This document shows positions 1 to 9,035 of a DNA stretch of 64,000 nt, piece after piece. This stretch comes from Chlamydiota bacterium (GTDB lineage: Bacteria; Auribacterota; Tritonobacteria; UBA1439): NCBI GenBank assembly GCA_012729785.1, contig JAAYCL010000036.1, forward strand, positions 59,174-123,173. Direction: 5' to 3'. A model generated the notes under the pieces. It was not told the DNA's origin. It did not search any database and saw nothing but the letters and a program-made list of their open reading frames with translations. Made by a program: the position numbers and the translations under genes. Within the stretch, counting starts at the first letter, position 1; every line of letters starts with the position of its first letter.

Positions 1-689
1 ACCTCGGGAAGGAGGGGGGGATCTTGAACGCCATCCTGGGGTCGCTCGCCATTACCGCCGGGGCGACCGCGCTCGCCCTGTCCTGGAGCCTCCCGGTGGT
101 CCTCTGCCTCAACGCCTACCTCCCGCCCCGGTCGCCGCTCGCCTCGGCCGCCCGTTTCGCCCTCGACGTCCTCTGGGGGATCCCCTCCATCGTCTACGGC
201 GCCTTCGGATTCGTCGTGATGCTCTGGTTCGGCATCGGCGCCTCGCTGCTCGGCGGAATCATCGCGGTCGCCCTCCTCATCTTCCCCATCATGGCGCGCG
301 CGATGGACGAGGTGGTCCGGACCGTGCCGCAGGAGCTCACGGACGCCTCCTACGCGATGGGGGCGACGCGCCTGGAGACGTCGCTGAAGGTCGTCGTGCG
401 CCAAACCCTCCCCGGCCTCGTCACCGCCGTGTTGATTGCGATGGGGAGGGGGATCGGCGACGCGGCGTCGGTGCTCTTCACCGCCGGCTTCACCGACTCG
501 ATCCCCGTCTCGCTGTTCCGGCCGGCGGCGACGCTGCCGCTTGCGATCTTCTTCCAGCTCGGGACGCCGTTCCCGGAGGTGCAGGCCAGGGCGTACGCCT
601 CCGCCCTGGTGCTGACCGCGCTCATCCTCGCGATCAGCGCGGCCGCGCGTCTGTTCGGCCACCGGTATTCGAGGCACGTGGTGCGATAG
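1..689 (+). CDS. pstA: Phosphate ABC transporter permease PstA, C-terminal part (5' end lies outside the window)
   Basis: The translation is a polytopic membrane protein with the ABC-permease EAA-like loop (IMARAMDEVVRTVPQELTDASYAMGATRLET). It sits immediately upstream of pstB. The frame is open back to the window edge. Confidence 0.85.
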   Translation, partial: LGKEGGILNAILGSLAITAGATALALSWSLPVVLCLNAYLPPRSPLASAARFALDVLWGIPSIVYGAFGFVVMLWFGIGASLLGGIIAVALLIFPIMARAMDEVVRTVPQELTDASYAMGATRLETSLKVVVRQTLPGLVTAVLIAMGRGIGDAASVLFTAGFTDSIPVSLFRPAATLPLAIFFQLGTPFPEVQARAYASALVLTALILAISAAARLFGHRYSRHVVR

Positions 690-698
690 GAGCATACG

Positions 699-1460
699 AT
701 GCACGCGGAAGCCCACATACGGGTGCAGGGGCTGCACGTCTTCTACGGCCCCGAGCAGGCCCTCAAGAACGTCAGCGTGGATATCCCGCGGCGCCGGATC
801 ACGGCCATCATCGGCCCCTCCGGCTGCGGCAAGAGCACCCTTCTGCGCTCGTTCAACCGGCTCATCGATCTCTCCGACGGGGCCCGCGTCACGGGACGGG
901 TGATCGTCGAGGGGCGCGACGTCTACGCCCCCGGGGTGGATGTGACGGAGATCAGGAGGCATATGGGGCTCCTGTCGCAGAGGCCCCACCCCCTCCCGAT
1001 GTCGATATTCGACAACGTCGCCTACGGGCCGCGCCTGCACGGGGTGCGCGACCGGCGGGAGCTCGCCGCGATCGTGGAACGGCACCTGCGCATCGCCGGC
1101 CTCTGGGACGAGGTGCGGGAGCGGCTCCATCTCCCCGCCTCCCGGCTTTCGCTCGGGCAGCAGCAGCGGCTCTGCCTGGCCCGCGGGCTCGCCGTCGGGC
1201 CGGAGATCATCCTCGGGGACGAGCCCACCTCGGCGCTCGACCCGATCTCGAGCCGCCGGATCGAGGGGATCTTCCTCGAGTTGAAGAGGGACTACACGCT
1301 CGTGCTGGTCACCCACATCCTCAGGCAGGCGAGGAGGCTTGCGGACTATGTCGTCTTCCTGTACATGGGGGAGCTGATCGAGCACGGTCCCGCGGAGGAG
1401 TTCTTCGCATCCCCGCGGGAGGAGCTGACGAGGGAGTACGTGCAGGGGACGATCAGTTGA
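699..1460 (+). CDS. pstB: Phosphate ABC transporter ATP-binding protein PstB
   Basis: Walker A (GPSGCGKST), ABC signature (LSLGQQQR) and Walker B (ILGDEPTSALD). The PstB-typical N-terminus is VQGLHVFYG. A GGAG ribosome-binding site (RBS) lies upstream. Confidence 0.92.
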   Translation: MHAEAHIRVQGLHVFYGPEQALKNVSVDIPRRRITAIIGPSGCGKSTLLRSFNRLIDLSDGARVTGRVIVEGRDVYAPGVDVTEIRRHMGLLSQRPHPLPMSIFDNVAYGPRLHGVRDRRELAAIVERHLRIAGLWDEVRERLHLPASRLSLGQQQRLCLARGLAVGPEIILGDEPTSALDPISSRRIEGIFLELKRDYTLVLVTHILRQARRLADYVVFLYMGELIEHGPAEEFFASPREELTREYVQGTIS

Positions 1461-1535
1461 CGGCGGCCCCCCGCATGGCCGGCGAAGAGGACGGAGACGC
1501 CGTTGCCGGCGCCGTTTCCCGTTGGGGCCGCCGGG

Positions 1536-2450
1536 TCAGAAGGCGTTCTTCAGGCCGGCGAGGTAGCGGGACGCCTTGAGGAGCGCCATGCATCCCTGCC
1601 CCGCGGCGATCACGTACTGGTACTCCTGTCCGGAGGCGCAGTCCCCCGCCGCGAAGACGCCCGTGACCGAGGACCGGGTCCAGCAGTCGATCACGACGTG
1701 CCCCTGGCTGTTGCGGTCGAGGAATCCTTCGAGGAATTCGGTGTTCGGCACCCTCCCGATCTCGACGATCACGCCGCGCACCGGGAGCGTGTGTCGAACG
1801 CCGTCCTTCTCGTAGACGAGCCCGCTGACGGACGTTTCCCCCGCGATCTCGATCGTCCTGGCCCCGTGGATCGTCTCGACGTTGGGGTAGTGGGCGATGT
1901 TCTCGACCAGGTACTCGTGGGCGGTGAACGAAGGCCCGAGGTTCACGAGCGTGATTGTGCGCGCCAGATCCTTGGTGAAGTTCGCACCCTCGAGCGCGGA
2001 GTTGCCCCCACCCACGATGGCGATATCCATCCCGGAGAAGAGGGGCCCGTCGCAGATGGAGCAGTAGGTGACCCCCTTCCGGGCGAGCCGCTCCTCCCCG
2101 GGGACGCCGAGTTTGCGCGCCCGGGCGCCGGTGGCGACGATGACGGCGTGCGCCTCGTGGACGCCGCGGTCGGAGACGACCCTGAAGCCGTTCGAAATCT
2201 TCTCGATGCGCTGCACGGTCTCGCCGTCCCGCGGCGTGATCCCGTTGAAGTGGAGCTGCTTCTCCATCCGCTCGCTGAACGCCGCGCCGGTCGTCTTGAC
2301 GATGCCGGGGTAGTTCAAGACCTCGCCGGACTCGAGGAACTGCCCCCCCATCTCCCTGGCGACGAGGAGGAAGTCCATCCGCTTGCGGGCGGCATAGATG
2401 GCGGCCGTCTGCCCGGTGATGCCGCCGCCGATGATGACCAGGTCGTGCAT
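1536..2450 (-). CDS. trxB: Thioredoxin-disulfide reductase (NADPH), TrxB-like
   Basis: 304 aa starting MHDLVIIGGGITGQTAA (FAD Rossmann fold). Redox-active CSICDG motif and a second GGGNSALE NADPH-binding site. Only the 3' third of the 890-aa ORF 1536..4208 is a real gene. Confidence 0.85.
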   Translation of the reverse strand: MHDLVIIGGGITGQTAAIYAARKRMDFLLVAREMGGQFLESGEVLNYPGIVKTTGAAFSERMEKQLHFNGITPRDGETVQRIEKISNGFRVVSDRGVHEAHAVIVATGARARKLGVPGEERLARKGVTYCSICDGPLFSGMDIAIVGGGNSALEGANFTKDLARTITLVNLGPSFTAHEYLVENIAHYPNVETIHGARTIEIAGETSVSGLVYEKDGVRHTLPVRGVIVEIGRVPNTEFLEGFLDRNSQGHVVIDCWTRSSVTGVFAAGDCASGQEYQYVIAAGQGCMALLKASRYLAGLKNAF

Positions 2451-2615
2451 GGCAGGAACCCTCCGTAACCGGGGGGAGGCCCCCCGCTGCGCACAGTATA
2501 TGCGCTCCGGGGCGGATCGTCCATATCCGCCCCCCCCGCGCCGGACGCACGGCTCTGGACCGCGGGGGGGCGGAACGGCTAGAATGGCGGCGGTACGATG
2601 CGGAGGGCCTGGACT

Positions 2616-4238
2616 ATGAAGAGATCGGCGGGCGTGACGCTGCTCTGGGCGGTGCCGGCCCTTGCCGTCCTCTCCTTCGCCGGGCAGCGGCACGGGCTGT
2701 GGGGAGGCGACGAGCCCCGGGAGGCCGCGATCGCGCGCGAGATGCACGCCTCGCGCGACTGGGTCGTCCCGCGCCTGAACGGGGAGCCGTTCTTGGAGAA
2801 GCCGCCGCTGGCGCACCTCGGGGCGGTGATCGTCTTCGACCTCGCGGGCGGGCCCGACGCCCGGCTGTGCCGCCTCCCCTCCGCGGCGTGGGGGTTCGCG
2901 GGGCTCCTCGCGACCGCCTGGCTCGGGGCGATGCTCCTGGGGCCCGGCGCGGGGCTCCTGGCCGCGTTCATCCTGGCCACGAGCGTGGAGTGGCTGTACA
3001 TCACCCGCCATCTCCTCGTCGACGTTCCGCTGGCCGCCTCCGTCGTCGTTTCGTTCGCCCTGTTCCAGGCGGGGTACCGGCGCCGGGGCGCGCCGAAGGC
3101 CCTCGGCTATCTCGGCTTCGCCTTCGCCGCGGGGGCGGCGTTCCTCTCCAAGGGGACGGTGGGGGTGGCGCTCCCGCTCTCCGCCGTTTCGGCCTATCTC
3201 CTCCTCCGCCGCGAGTACCGGGAATTCGCCCTCCTCGCCCTCGTCTCCGCCGCGGGGCTCCTCGTCGTCGCCGCGCCGTGGGTGCTGCTCCTCGCCGCCC
3301 GCGGCGGGCGGGAAGCGCTCAGGGTCTTCCTCTGGGACAACCAGGTCCTCCGGTTCGTTTCGCCGGGCGCCGACCACGCGAAGGCCCCGTGGTTCTACCT
3401 GCCGGCGATCTTCGAAATCTTCCTCCCGTGGGCGCTTCTTCTCCCCCCGGCCTTCCTCGGGCTCCGGCGCCGCCCGGGCGAGTCGGAAGGGGATCGCCGG
3501 TCGCGGCAGTTCGTTCTCGCCGTCCTCGCGGTGCCGTTCGCGATCCTCTCCGTCGCGAGCGGGAAGCGCCACCTGTACCTCCTGCCGCTGCTCCCCGGCT
3601 TCGCGATCGCGGTCGCCCGCTGGGCCGCGTCGGCGGATGCGGCCCCGCCGGCCCGGTGGGAAGGGCGGTGGGCGCGCGCGGCCCTCGTCGTCTTCGCCGC
3701 GGCGGCGGCCGCCGCCTGGTGCGCGGCGCTCGGCGTCGCGGTCTACGCGCGCCACGGGGCGGTCGCGGCGGCCGCAGGGGCCGCGGCGGGCCTGGCGGCC
3801 TCCGCGGCGGTGCTTCGGCGTGAGCTCCGAAAGCCCCCGGATCGCATTCCCGCCTGGTCGATGGTCGCACTGGCGATCATCGGCTGGGCGGCGCCCCTCA
3901 CGCCCGCCGTCTGGGAGATGCTCGAGAGGGAGAAGGGATACGCGCCGCTCGCCGCGATGCTGGAGGCCAACGTCCGGCAGGGGGAGACGCTCTTCATGTA
4001 CAGGCCGGGCGAGCGCGAACTGGGCGTCGTGGGCTTCCACCGGCGGGCCGTCCTGCCGGTGCTCGAGACGCCGGCCGAGCTCGATGCGGCGCTTCAGGCG
4101 TCGGGGGGGAACGTGGTCCTCGTCAGGGAGAAGGTCTACGACAGCCTGGTCGGGGAGGGGACGCTGCCCGCCTCCGCATCCGTGCAGGCCAGGTGCCTGC
4201 TGCCGCACAGGAACCAGCTGCTGCTCCGGGGGAGATGA
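2616..4238 (+). CDS. GT-C fold glycosyltransferase, ArnT/PMT_2 (GT39/GT83-like) family membrane protein
   Basis: About 12 predicted transmembrane helices. The first periplasmic loop carries DEPREAAIAREM...GEPFLEKPPL, the DE/ExxR plus xKPPL signature of ArnT/PMT_2 polyprenyl-phosphate-sugar transferases. A GGAGG RBS sits 9 nt before the ATG at 2616; an alternative ATG lies at 2598. Confidence 0.75.
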   Translation: MKRSAGVTLLWAVPALAVLSFAGQRHGLWGGDEPREAAIAREMHASRDWVVPRLNGEPFLEKPPLAHLGAVIVFDLAGGPDARLCRLPSAAWGFAGLLATAWLGAMLLGPGAGLLAAFILATSVEWLYITRHLLVDVPLAASVVVSFALFQAGYRRRGAPKALGYLGFAFAAGAAFLSKGTVGVALPLSAVSAYLLLRREYREFALLALVSAAGLLVVAAPWVLLLAARGGREALRVFLWDNQVLRFVSPGADHAKAPWFYLPAIFEIFLPWALLLPPAFLGLRRRPGESEGDRRSRQFVLAVLAVPFAILSVASGKRHLYLLPLLPGFAIAVARWAASADAAPPARWEGRWARAALVVFAAAAAAAWCAALGVAVYARHGAVAAAAGAAAGLAASAAVLRRELRKPPDRIPAWSMVALAIIGWAAPLTPAVWEMLEREKGYAPLAAMLEANVRQGETLFMYRPGERELGVVGFHRRAVLPVLETPAELDAALQASGGNVVLVREKVYDSLVGEGTLPASASVQARCLLPHRNQLLLRGR

Positions 4239-4239
4239 G

Positions 4240-4569
4240 CTACCGGGCGACCGAGCTGTCGAGAGCCCGGGCGACCGGGCGTTCGAGCGGAGGGATCACG
4301 GCGGCGGCGAACCGGGGACCGCCGGAGGGAGGAGGTTCGGTCTTCGGCGCGCGCGCATAGAGCTTGTTGAGGGCGGCCGAGTTTCCATTCCCGTTCCGGC
4401 GCCTGGCGGCGGCGCCGTTCTTGTAGCGGATATGGTCCCCGGACGATGTCTCCTGCATCCGGCGGATGGTTCCTCGCACATGCAGGTACTTCAGGATAAG
4501 AAACACCTGCGTGCAGGCGATGGCGACGATCATGAGTATGATGCTCAACTGGGCAATGAACGAGAACAC
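4240..4569 (-). CDS. Hypothetical small single-pass membrane protein
   Basis: GTG start with a GGAGGGG RBS 5 nt upstream. The N-terminus is hydrophobic (FSFIAQLSIILMIVAIACTQVFLIL) and the tail is low-complexity and basic. It lies in a locally lower-GC spacer. No recognisable family. Confidence 0.3.
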   Translation of the reverse strand: MFSFIAQLSIILMIVAIACTQVFLILKYLHVRGTIRRMQETSSGDHIRYKNGAAARRRNGNGNSAALNKLYARAPKTEPPPSGGPRFAAAVIPPLERPVARALDSSVAR

Positions 4570-4783
4570 CTCAACCCCTCCAGAGTTCGCTTCCCCGCGA
4601 TCTTCGAGCTGCCCTTCACCCAATTTCGTTTAAAGATACACCTATCCAGAGCTCTTGTCAAGGGAAGTAACGCGAATAATAACGATATGCAAAGAGTTTA
4701 CAAAATGAGGCGAAAGTGTTGCATGGCGGGGGTCGGCGAGGCGCTGCCTTGAATCGGCGGGACGGTTCGCCTTCTTCGTTTCC

Positions 4784-4812
4784 TTGCGCTGCGGGAACTC
4801 CCCCTCTATACT
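4784..4812 (+). promoter_or_regulatory. Putative sigma70-type promoter, TTGCGC -17 nt- TATACT
   Basis: -35 at 4784-4789 and -10 TATACT at 4807-4812 with a 17-nt spacer, about 75 nt upstream of the HAD hydrolase start at 4886 in an AT-richer spacer. The same TATACT -10 hexamer recurs at other operon heads in this window. Confidence 0.35.
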
Positions 4813-4885
4813 ATGCCGCGCGGTTGAGGAGGGAACAGGGCGGCGACAAGGAGACCGGTTCTTCCGGGGGAGAGGGGATGGACGG

Positions 4886-5812
4886 ATGAAAAAGCTGAAG
4901 GGGATCAAGGCGGTCATCACCGACGCGGACAACACGCTCTACAGCTGGATCGACTACATCGTGCCGAGCCTCGAGGCGCTCACCGAGACGCTCCACCGGA
5001 TCACCGGCTTTTCCCGCGAGGCGATCGTGGAGTCGATGAAGAAGGTGTTCACCGCGTACAACACCAACGAGTACGCCTTCGTCCTCCAGGAGGCCGACAT
5101 CTTCGAGGGGATGCGCCGCAAAGACTTCCGCTGGTTCCAGACGCACGTGGTCGATCCGGCGCGCTACTCGTTCAACAGGGCGCGGAAGTCGAACCTTCGC
5201 GTCTACCCGGGCGTCCACAAGACCCTGCAGATCCTCTGCAGCCGCGGGATCCGCGTCATCGGTCTGAGCGACGCCCCCTGTTTCCCCGCGGAGCAGCGGA
5301 TCAAGCACCTCGGCGTGGACCGGTACCTGCACGCCCTCTACGCGTTGAAGTCGTACCCGGTCCCGCGCCACGGGGAGCTCGACGGCGAGATCGTCAACCG
5401 CATCCGGGTCGGCTACTACAAGTCCCTGATCGAGAAGGTGGTCGAGCTGCCGCTCTCGTTCGAGAAGCCGAGCACGCGCGGCATCGCCCGCATACTCGAG
5501 GACGAACGACTGAAACCGGAACGCGTGCTGATCATCGGGGACAGCCTGAAGAAGGATATCCGTATCGCGCAGGAGATGGGCATCGCCGATGTCTGGGCCC
5601 GCTACGGCACGGTGATCTCCACGGAGATGCGCGACAAGCTCTCCTTCTACTCGGCCCCCGCGATACAGCGCAGGAACGTCTCGCAACCCGGCGACGCCTC
5701 CTACACCCCGACCTGGACGGTGGACCGGTTCGACCAGCTGCTCGACATCATCGAGCTCCCGCCGTTCGCGCCGGGGGGAAGGGACGTCTGCCCGAGCCCG
5801 CAGCCCGCCTGA
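4886..5812 (+). CDS. HAD-superfamily hydrolase (phosphatase-like)
   Basis: The N-terminal ITDADNTLY is the HAD motif I (DxDxT). The C-terminal IIGDSLKKDI matches motif IV. The ATG at 4886 is preceded by GGGGAGAGGGG. Confidence 0.8.
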   Translation: MKKLKGIKAVITDADNTLYSWIDYIVPSLEALTETLHRITGFSREAIVESMKKVFTAYNTNEYAFVLQEADIFEGMRRKDFRWFQTHVVDPARYSFNRARKSNLRVYPGVHKTLQILCSRGIRVIGLSDAPCFPAEQRIKHLGVDRYLHALYALKSYPVPRHGELDGEIVNRIRVGYYKSLIEKVVELPLSFEKPSTRGIARILEDERLKPERVLIIGDSLKKDIRIAQEMGIADVWARYGTVISTEMRDKLSFYSAPAIQRRNVSQPGDASYTPTWTVDRFDQLLDIIELPPFAPGGRDVCPSPQPA

Positions 5813-5864
5813 GGCCGCTCCACGGGGCGGAGGCCGGTATCCGCCCGCCACCGCACGGGGTTTG

Positions 5865-5873
5865 TGCTATACT
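5865..5873 (+). promoter_or_regulatory. Putative extended -10 promoter element TGcTATACT upstream of dcd
   Basis: TGn plus TATACT at 5865-5873, 30 nt before the dcd start codon. No clear -35. Confidence 0.3.
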
Positions 5874-5902
5874 CTCCACCGGCGCACAGTCCAGGAGGCA
5901 GC

Positions 5903-6406
5903 ATGAGCGTGATCGCGCAGTCGGAGCTCGAGAGGCTCCTGAGGGAGGGGATCATCAAGGTCGAGCCGTTCTCGATGGACCAGGTCGGCCCCGGATCGAT
6001 CGACCTCCACCTCGCCAACGAGTTCACGGTCTTCAAGAAGGTGCGGGAGGTTCTCCACATCACCGACGAGACCGACTACCGCACCATCAGCGAGACGATC
6101 CGCGTGAACGACTTCTTCGTCCTGATGCCGGGGGAGTCGGCGCTCGCACGGACGGTCGAGCGGATCACCCTTCCCGACGACATCTGCGGCCGCCTCGAGG
6201 GGAGGAGCCGGTTCTCGCGCCTCGGGTTGCTGGTCCACATCACCGCGAGTTTCATGCACCCCGGCATCTCCAACCACCAGGTCCTCGAGATGTACAACGC
6301 GAGCCCGTTCCCGCTCGCGGTGCACCCCGGGACGCGGATCTGCCAGTTCGTCTTCGAGAAGACCATCGGCCACGGCCACTACCGGGGCCGCTTCGCCGAC
6401 CAGTGA
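5903..6406 (+). CDS. dcd: dCTP deaminase
   Basis: AGGAGG RBS then ATG. Colinear similarity to Dcd/dUTPase-fold proteins (GSIDLHL, VLMPGESALARTVERITLPDDICGRLEGRSRFSRLGL, HPGTRICQ). Confidence 0.85.
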   Translation: MSVIAQSELERLLREGIIKVEPFSMDQVGPGSIDLHLANEFTVFKKVREVLHITDETDYRTISETIRVNDFFVLMPGESALARTVERITLPDDICGRLEGRSRFSRLGLLVHITASFMHPGISNHQVLEMYNASPFPLAVHPGTRICQFVFEKTIGHGHYRGRFADQ

Positions 6407-6466
6407 CAGTTCGCCCGCCCGGCGCCTGTCCGGCCGGGCGGAAGCCGCCGAGGGGGGGTGACCGCG

Positions 6467-7402
6467 ATGAAGAAGCGCCGGGCGGGATGGTGTGTCGCCG
6501 CGCTGTGCGCGGCCGCGGCGTGCGGCGTCGGCGCCGAAACGGCGGAGGCCCAGTATCTCCTCCGTTACACGGGAGACGGCGCCGCGCGAAGGGCCCGCGA
6601 CGCCCTCGTCGTCGTCACCCAGGCCGAGCAGTCCCTCGACACCGGGCACCGGACGCTGGCGGACTGGCTGCTCTGGGCCGCGGAGGTGATGCTGCGCGAC
6701 GCCGCCGACGCGCTCCCGGATGCCGACGCGCTCAGGGAGATCTCCGTCGCGGAGCGTCTCCTCCGCGAAAACAGGCCGGGCGATGCTGCCCGTTTCCTGT
6801 CCCGCGGCGGCGAGGAGCTCAGGCGTTTCGCCGCCGTCTGGGACGTGGGCGACGCCGAGCCGAACTGCGCGGCGCTCCTGGCGCTCGCGGAGAAGGGCGA
6901 CTGCCCGGCGGCCCTCTCCGGGATCCCCGCGCTCATCGAGGCGGCGCGGATCGACCCGGTCCGCCGCGCGCTGGTCGGGGCGGGGGAGCAGACCGCAGTG
7001 GCGAGGGGCTTCCTCTCGAAGGGGAGGGTGTTCGAGGCGCTGCGGAGCGCGGGGGAGGCGAAGGAGAGACTCCGCGCGGCGATCATCGGGATGCAGCTCG
7101 CGCGGGCGAAGATACTCGCCGCCCACGCCCGGCGGATGGCCGCGGCGGGCTCCCGGTGGCGGGCCGGCTGGACGCTCGGCCGCGCCGCGCGCCGCCTCGC
7201 CCGCGCCGGCGTGTTCGCGGACGAGGCGTCGGCGGACGCGGCGTCCAAGATCCTGGAGGAGATCGCCCGGGCGCGCCGGGGGATCCGGGCGGGCGAGGAG
7301 CAGGACGCCGTGTCGGCGGCGATAGAGGCCAAGCTCGTCGCCCTGATCAAGCATTGCTGCGCGCGCCCGAATCCGGGCGCCGTCGCCGGAGGGGCGCCGT
7401 GA
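6467..7402 (+). CDS. Hypothetical secreted alpha-helical protein
   Basis: Signal peptide MKKRRAGWCVAALCAAAACGVGA. The sequence is Ala/Arg-rich. Its stop overlaps the mutT start (GTGA). No family recognised. It is the only plausible frame in this gap. Confidence 0.4.
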   Translation: MKKRRAGWCVAALCAAAACGVGAETAEAQYLLRYTGDGAARRARDALVVVTQAEQSLDTGHRTLADWLLWAAEVMLRDAADALPDADALREISVAERLLRENRPGDAARFLSRGGEELRRFAAVWDVGDAEPNCAALLALAEKGDCPAALSGIPALIEAARIDPVRRALVGAGEQTAVARGFLSKGRVFEALRSAGEAKERLRAAIIGMQLARAKILAAHARRMAAAGSRWRAGWTLGRAARRLARAGVFADEASADAASKILEEIARARRGIRAGEEQDAVSAAIEAKLVALIKHCCARPNPGAVAGGAP

Positions 7403-7815
7403 GGAAGACGATCGTCTGCGCGGCGGGGATCATACGGCGCGGGGACCGCGTCCTGATCGCCCAGCGGAAGCCGGACTCGTCGCTCGAGCCGCTCAAATGG
7501 GAGTTCCCCGGGGGGAAGATCGAGTTCGCGGAGGACCCCCGCGCCTGTCTCGTCCGCGAGATCCGGGAGGAGATGGGCTTCGAGATCGAGGTCGAAAGGA
7601 TCTTCGAGGTCGCCTCGCACAATTACCGCAAGGACGGCGAAATCCGCCACGTCCTCCTGCTCTGCTACCTCTGCACCTACCTCTCGGGTGAGCCGCGCCC
7701 CCTGGAGTGCCACGACCTGCGGTGGGTGGGACCCGGCGAGATCGTCGCCCACGATTTCGCCGCCGCGGACGTCCCGGTGGTCGGGGAGGTCGTCGCGCGG
7801 CTCTGGGCGAACTGA
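7399..7815 (+). CDS. mutT: NUDIX hydrolase, MutT-like 8-oxo-dGTP diphosphatase
   Basis: Complete Nudix box GGKIEFAEDPRACLVREIREEMGFEIE. 138 aa. GTG start overlaps the upstream stop. Confidence 0.8.
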   Translation: MRKTIVCAAGIIRRGDRVLIAQRKPDSSLEPLKWEFPGGKIEFAEDPRACLVREIREEMGFEIEVERIFEVASHNYRKDGEIRHVLLLCYLCTYLSGEPRPLECHDLRWVGPGEIVAHDFAAADVPVVGEVVARLWAN

Positions 7816-7822
7816 GGCGGAA

Positions 7823-8614
7823 ATGGCGGCGGAACGTCTCTTGATGCCCGCGGTGCTCACGATCGCCGGCTCCGACTCGTGCGGCGGCGCCGGGCTCGAA
7901 GCGGACCTGAAGACGTTCGGCCGCTGCGGCGTCTACGGCCTCTGCGCCGTCACCGCGGTCACCGCCCAGGACGGCGTCCGGGTCTACGGGGTCTTCCCGG
8001 TGCGGCCCGCCGCGGTGGTCGCGCAGGCCGAGGCGGCGCTGCGGGCCGGGCGCCCGGAGGCGGTGAAGACCGGGATGCTCTGGAGCGCCGGGATCGTCGA
8101 GGCGGTGGCGCGTTTCCTGGCTGCGCGGCGGCTGCGCCGGTTCGTGCTGGACCCGGTTCTCGCCACGCACGGCGGGGATCCGCTCGCCCTCCCCGGCGCC
8201 GGGCGGGCGATGGTCCGGCGCCTGTTCCCCCTCGCGGCGCTCGTCACGCCGAATCTCCGGGAGGCGGAGGAGATCAGCGGGGTTAAGATCCGCGGCGCGG
8301 TCGGACTCGAGGAGGCGGCGCGCCGCATCCTCGGGAAGGGCCCGCGGGCGGTGCTGATCAAGGGCGGGCACGGCGAGGGGGAGGCGACCGACTGGCTTTT
8401 CGACCGGGAGGGGAAACGGCCGTTCAGCGCCGTCCGCGTGCGCGGGGCGCGCCTGCACGGGTCGGGGTGCATCCTCTCGGCGGCGATCGCGGCGGGGCTG
8501 GCGCGCGGGTTGGCGCTGGATGCCGCCGTGCGGGAGGCCAAGGCGTACGTGGGGAGGCAGTTCAAAGGCGCGGTGGGCTGCAGGGCGGGGGCGCTTCTCG
8601 CCGCTCACATCTGA
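7823..8614 (+). CDS. thiD: Hydroxymethylpyrimidine/phosphomethylpyrimidine kinase ThiD
   Basis: N-terminal VLTIAGSDSCGGAGLEADLKTF and C-terminal GSGCILSAAIAAGLA are ribokinase-fold ThiD/PdxK signatures. Confidence 0.85.
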   Translation: MAAERLLMPAVLTIAGSDSCGGAGLEADLKTFGRCGVYGLCAVTAVTAQDGVRVYGVFPVRPAAVVAQAEAALRAGRPEAVKTGMLWSAGIVEAVARFLAARRLRRFVLDPVLATHGGDPLALPGAGRAMVRRLFPLAALVTPNLREAEEISGVKIRGAVGLEEAARRILGKGPRAVLIKGGHGEGEATDWLFDREGKRPFSAVRVRGARLHGSGCILSAAIAAGLARGLALDAAVREAKAYVGRQFKGAVGCRAGALLAAHI

Positions 8615-8952
8615 TCGTAGCGGAGCGGCGTGCCCGCGGGTTTTTCCTGGAAGTCGGTGAAGACGCCGACGAAGACCCGCCGGCAGTACCGGCCGAGGCC
8701 GACCGAGAGGTCGGCGCACATCCGCCCGAAACTCTTCCCTCCGCGGGCGAAGAAGCCGCCCAGCCGCTTCCCGGCATCGCCGATCAGGCGGCCCGCGGAG
8801 ACGACAGCCCCCCCGGCGGTTTCGCCCGCCGTCTGGCCTGCGGTCGCGACGCGCGATGGGAGCGGGGGAACCTCCGCCCGGAACTCCTGCGCGCCCAGGG
8901 ACGAGGCCGCGAGAAGGATTGCGAGACACAGGGGCACGACACGCACACGCAT
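8605..8952 (-). CDS. Hypothetical small secreted protein
   Basis: Signal peptide MRVRVVPLCLAILLAASSLGAQE, then a Gly/Ala-rich 115-aa product. It is convergent with thiD and overlaps its 3' end. It could be an artefact. Confidence 0.3.
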   Translation of the reverse strand: MRVRVVPLCLAILLAASSLGAQEFRAEVPPLPSRVATAGQTAGETAGGAVVSAGRLIGDAGKRLGGFFARGGKSFGRMCADLSVGLGRYCRRVFVGVFTDFQEKPAGTPLRYDQM

Positions 8953-9035
8953 CTGTTCTACTCCGTGACCGGGTTCCAACGCGAATACCGATATATGCTA
9001 CCACAGCGCTGCGCCCCGCGCAACCGGTGTGCGGG

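Noticed and set aside
2451-4208. Upstream 585 codons of the 890-aa - strand ORF 1536..4208
   Set aside because: Only the last 304 codons (from MHDLVIIGGG) are TrxB. The remainder is an Arg/Pro/Gly-rich, stop-free antisense reading of the GT-C gene on the + strand, as expected at about 70% GC.
5867-7354. 495-aa - strand ORF
   Set aside because: Antisense to dcd and the secreted hypothetical gene. Pro/Arg-rich junk translation.
8630-8968. 112-aa + strand ORF between thiD and the flippase-like gene
   Set aside because: No start-proximal RBS and a low-complexity Pro/Arg/Ser-rich peptide. The - strand frame with a signal peptide (8605-8952) is marginally more credible, and even that is low confidence.
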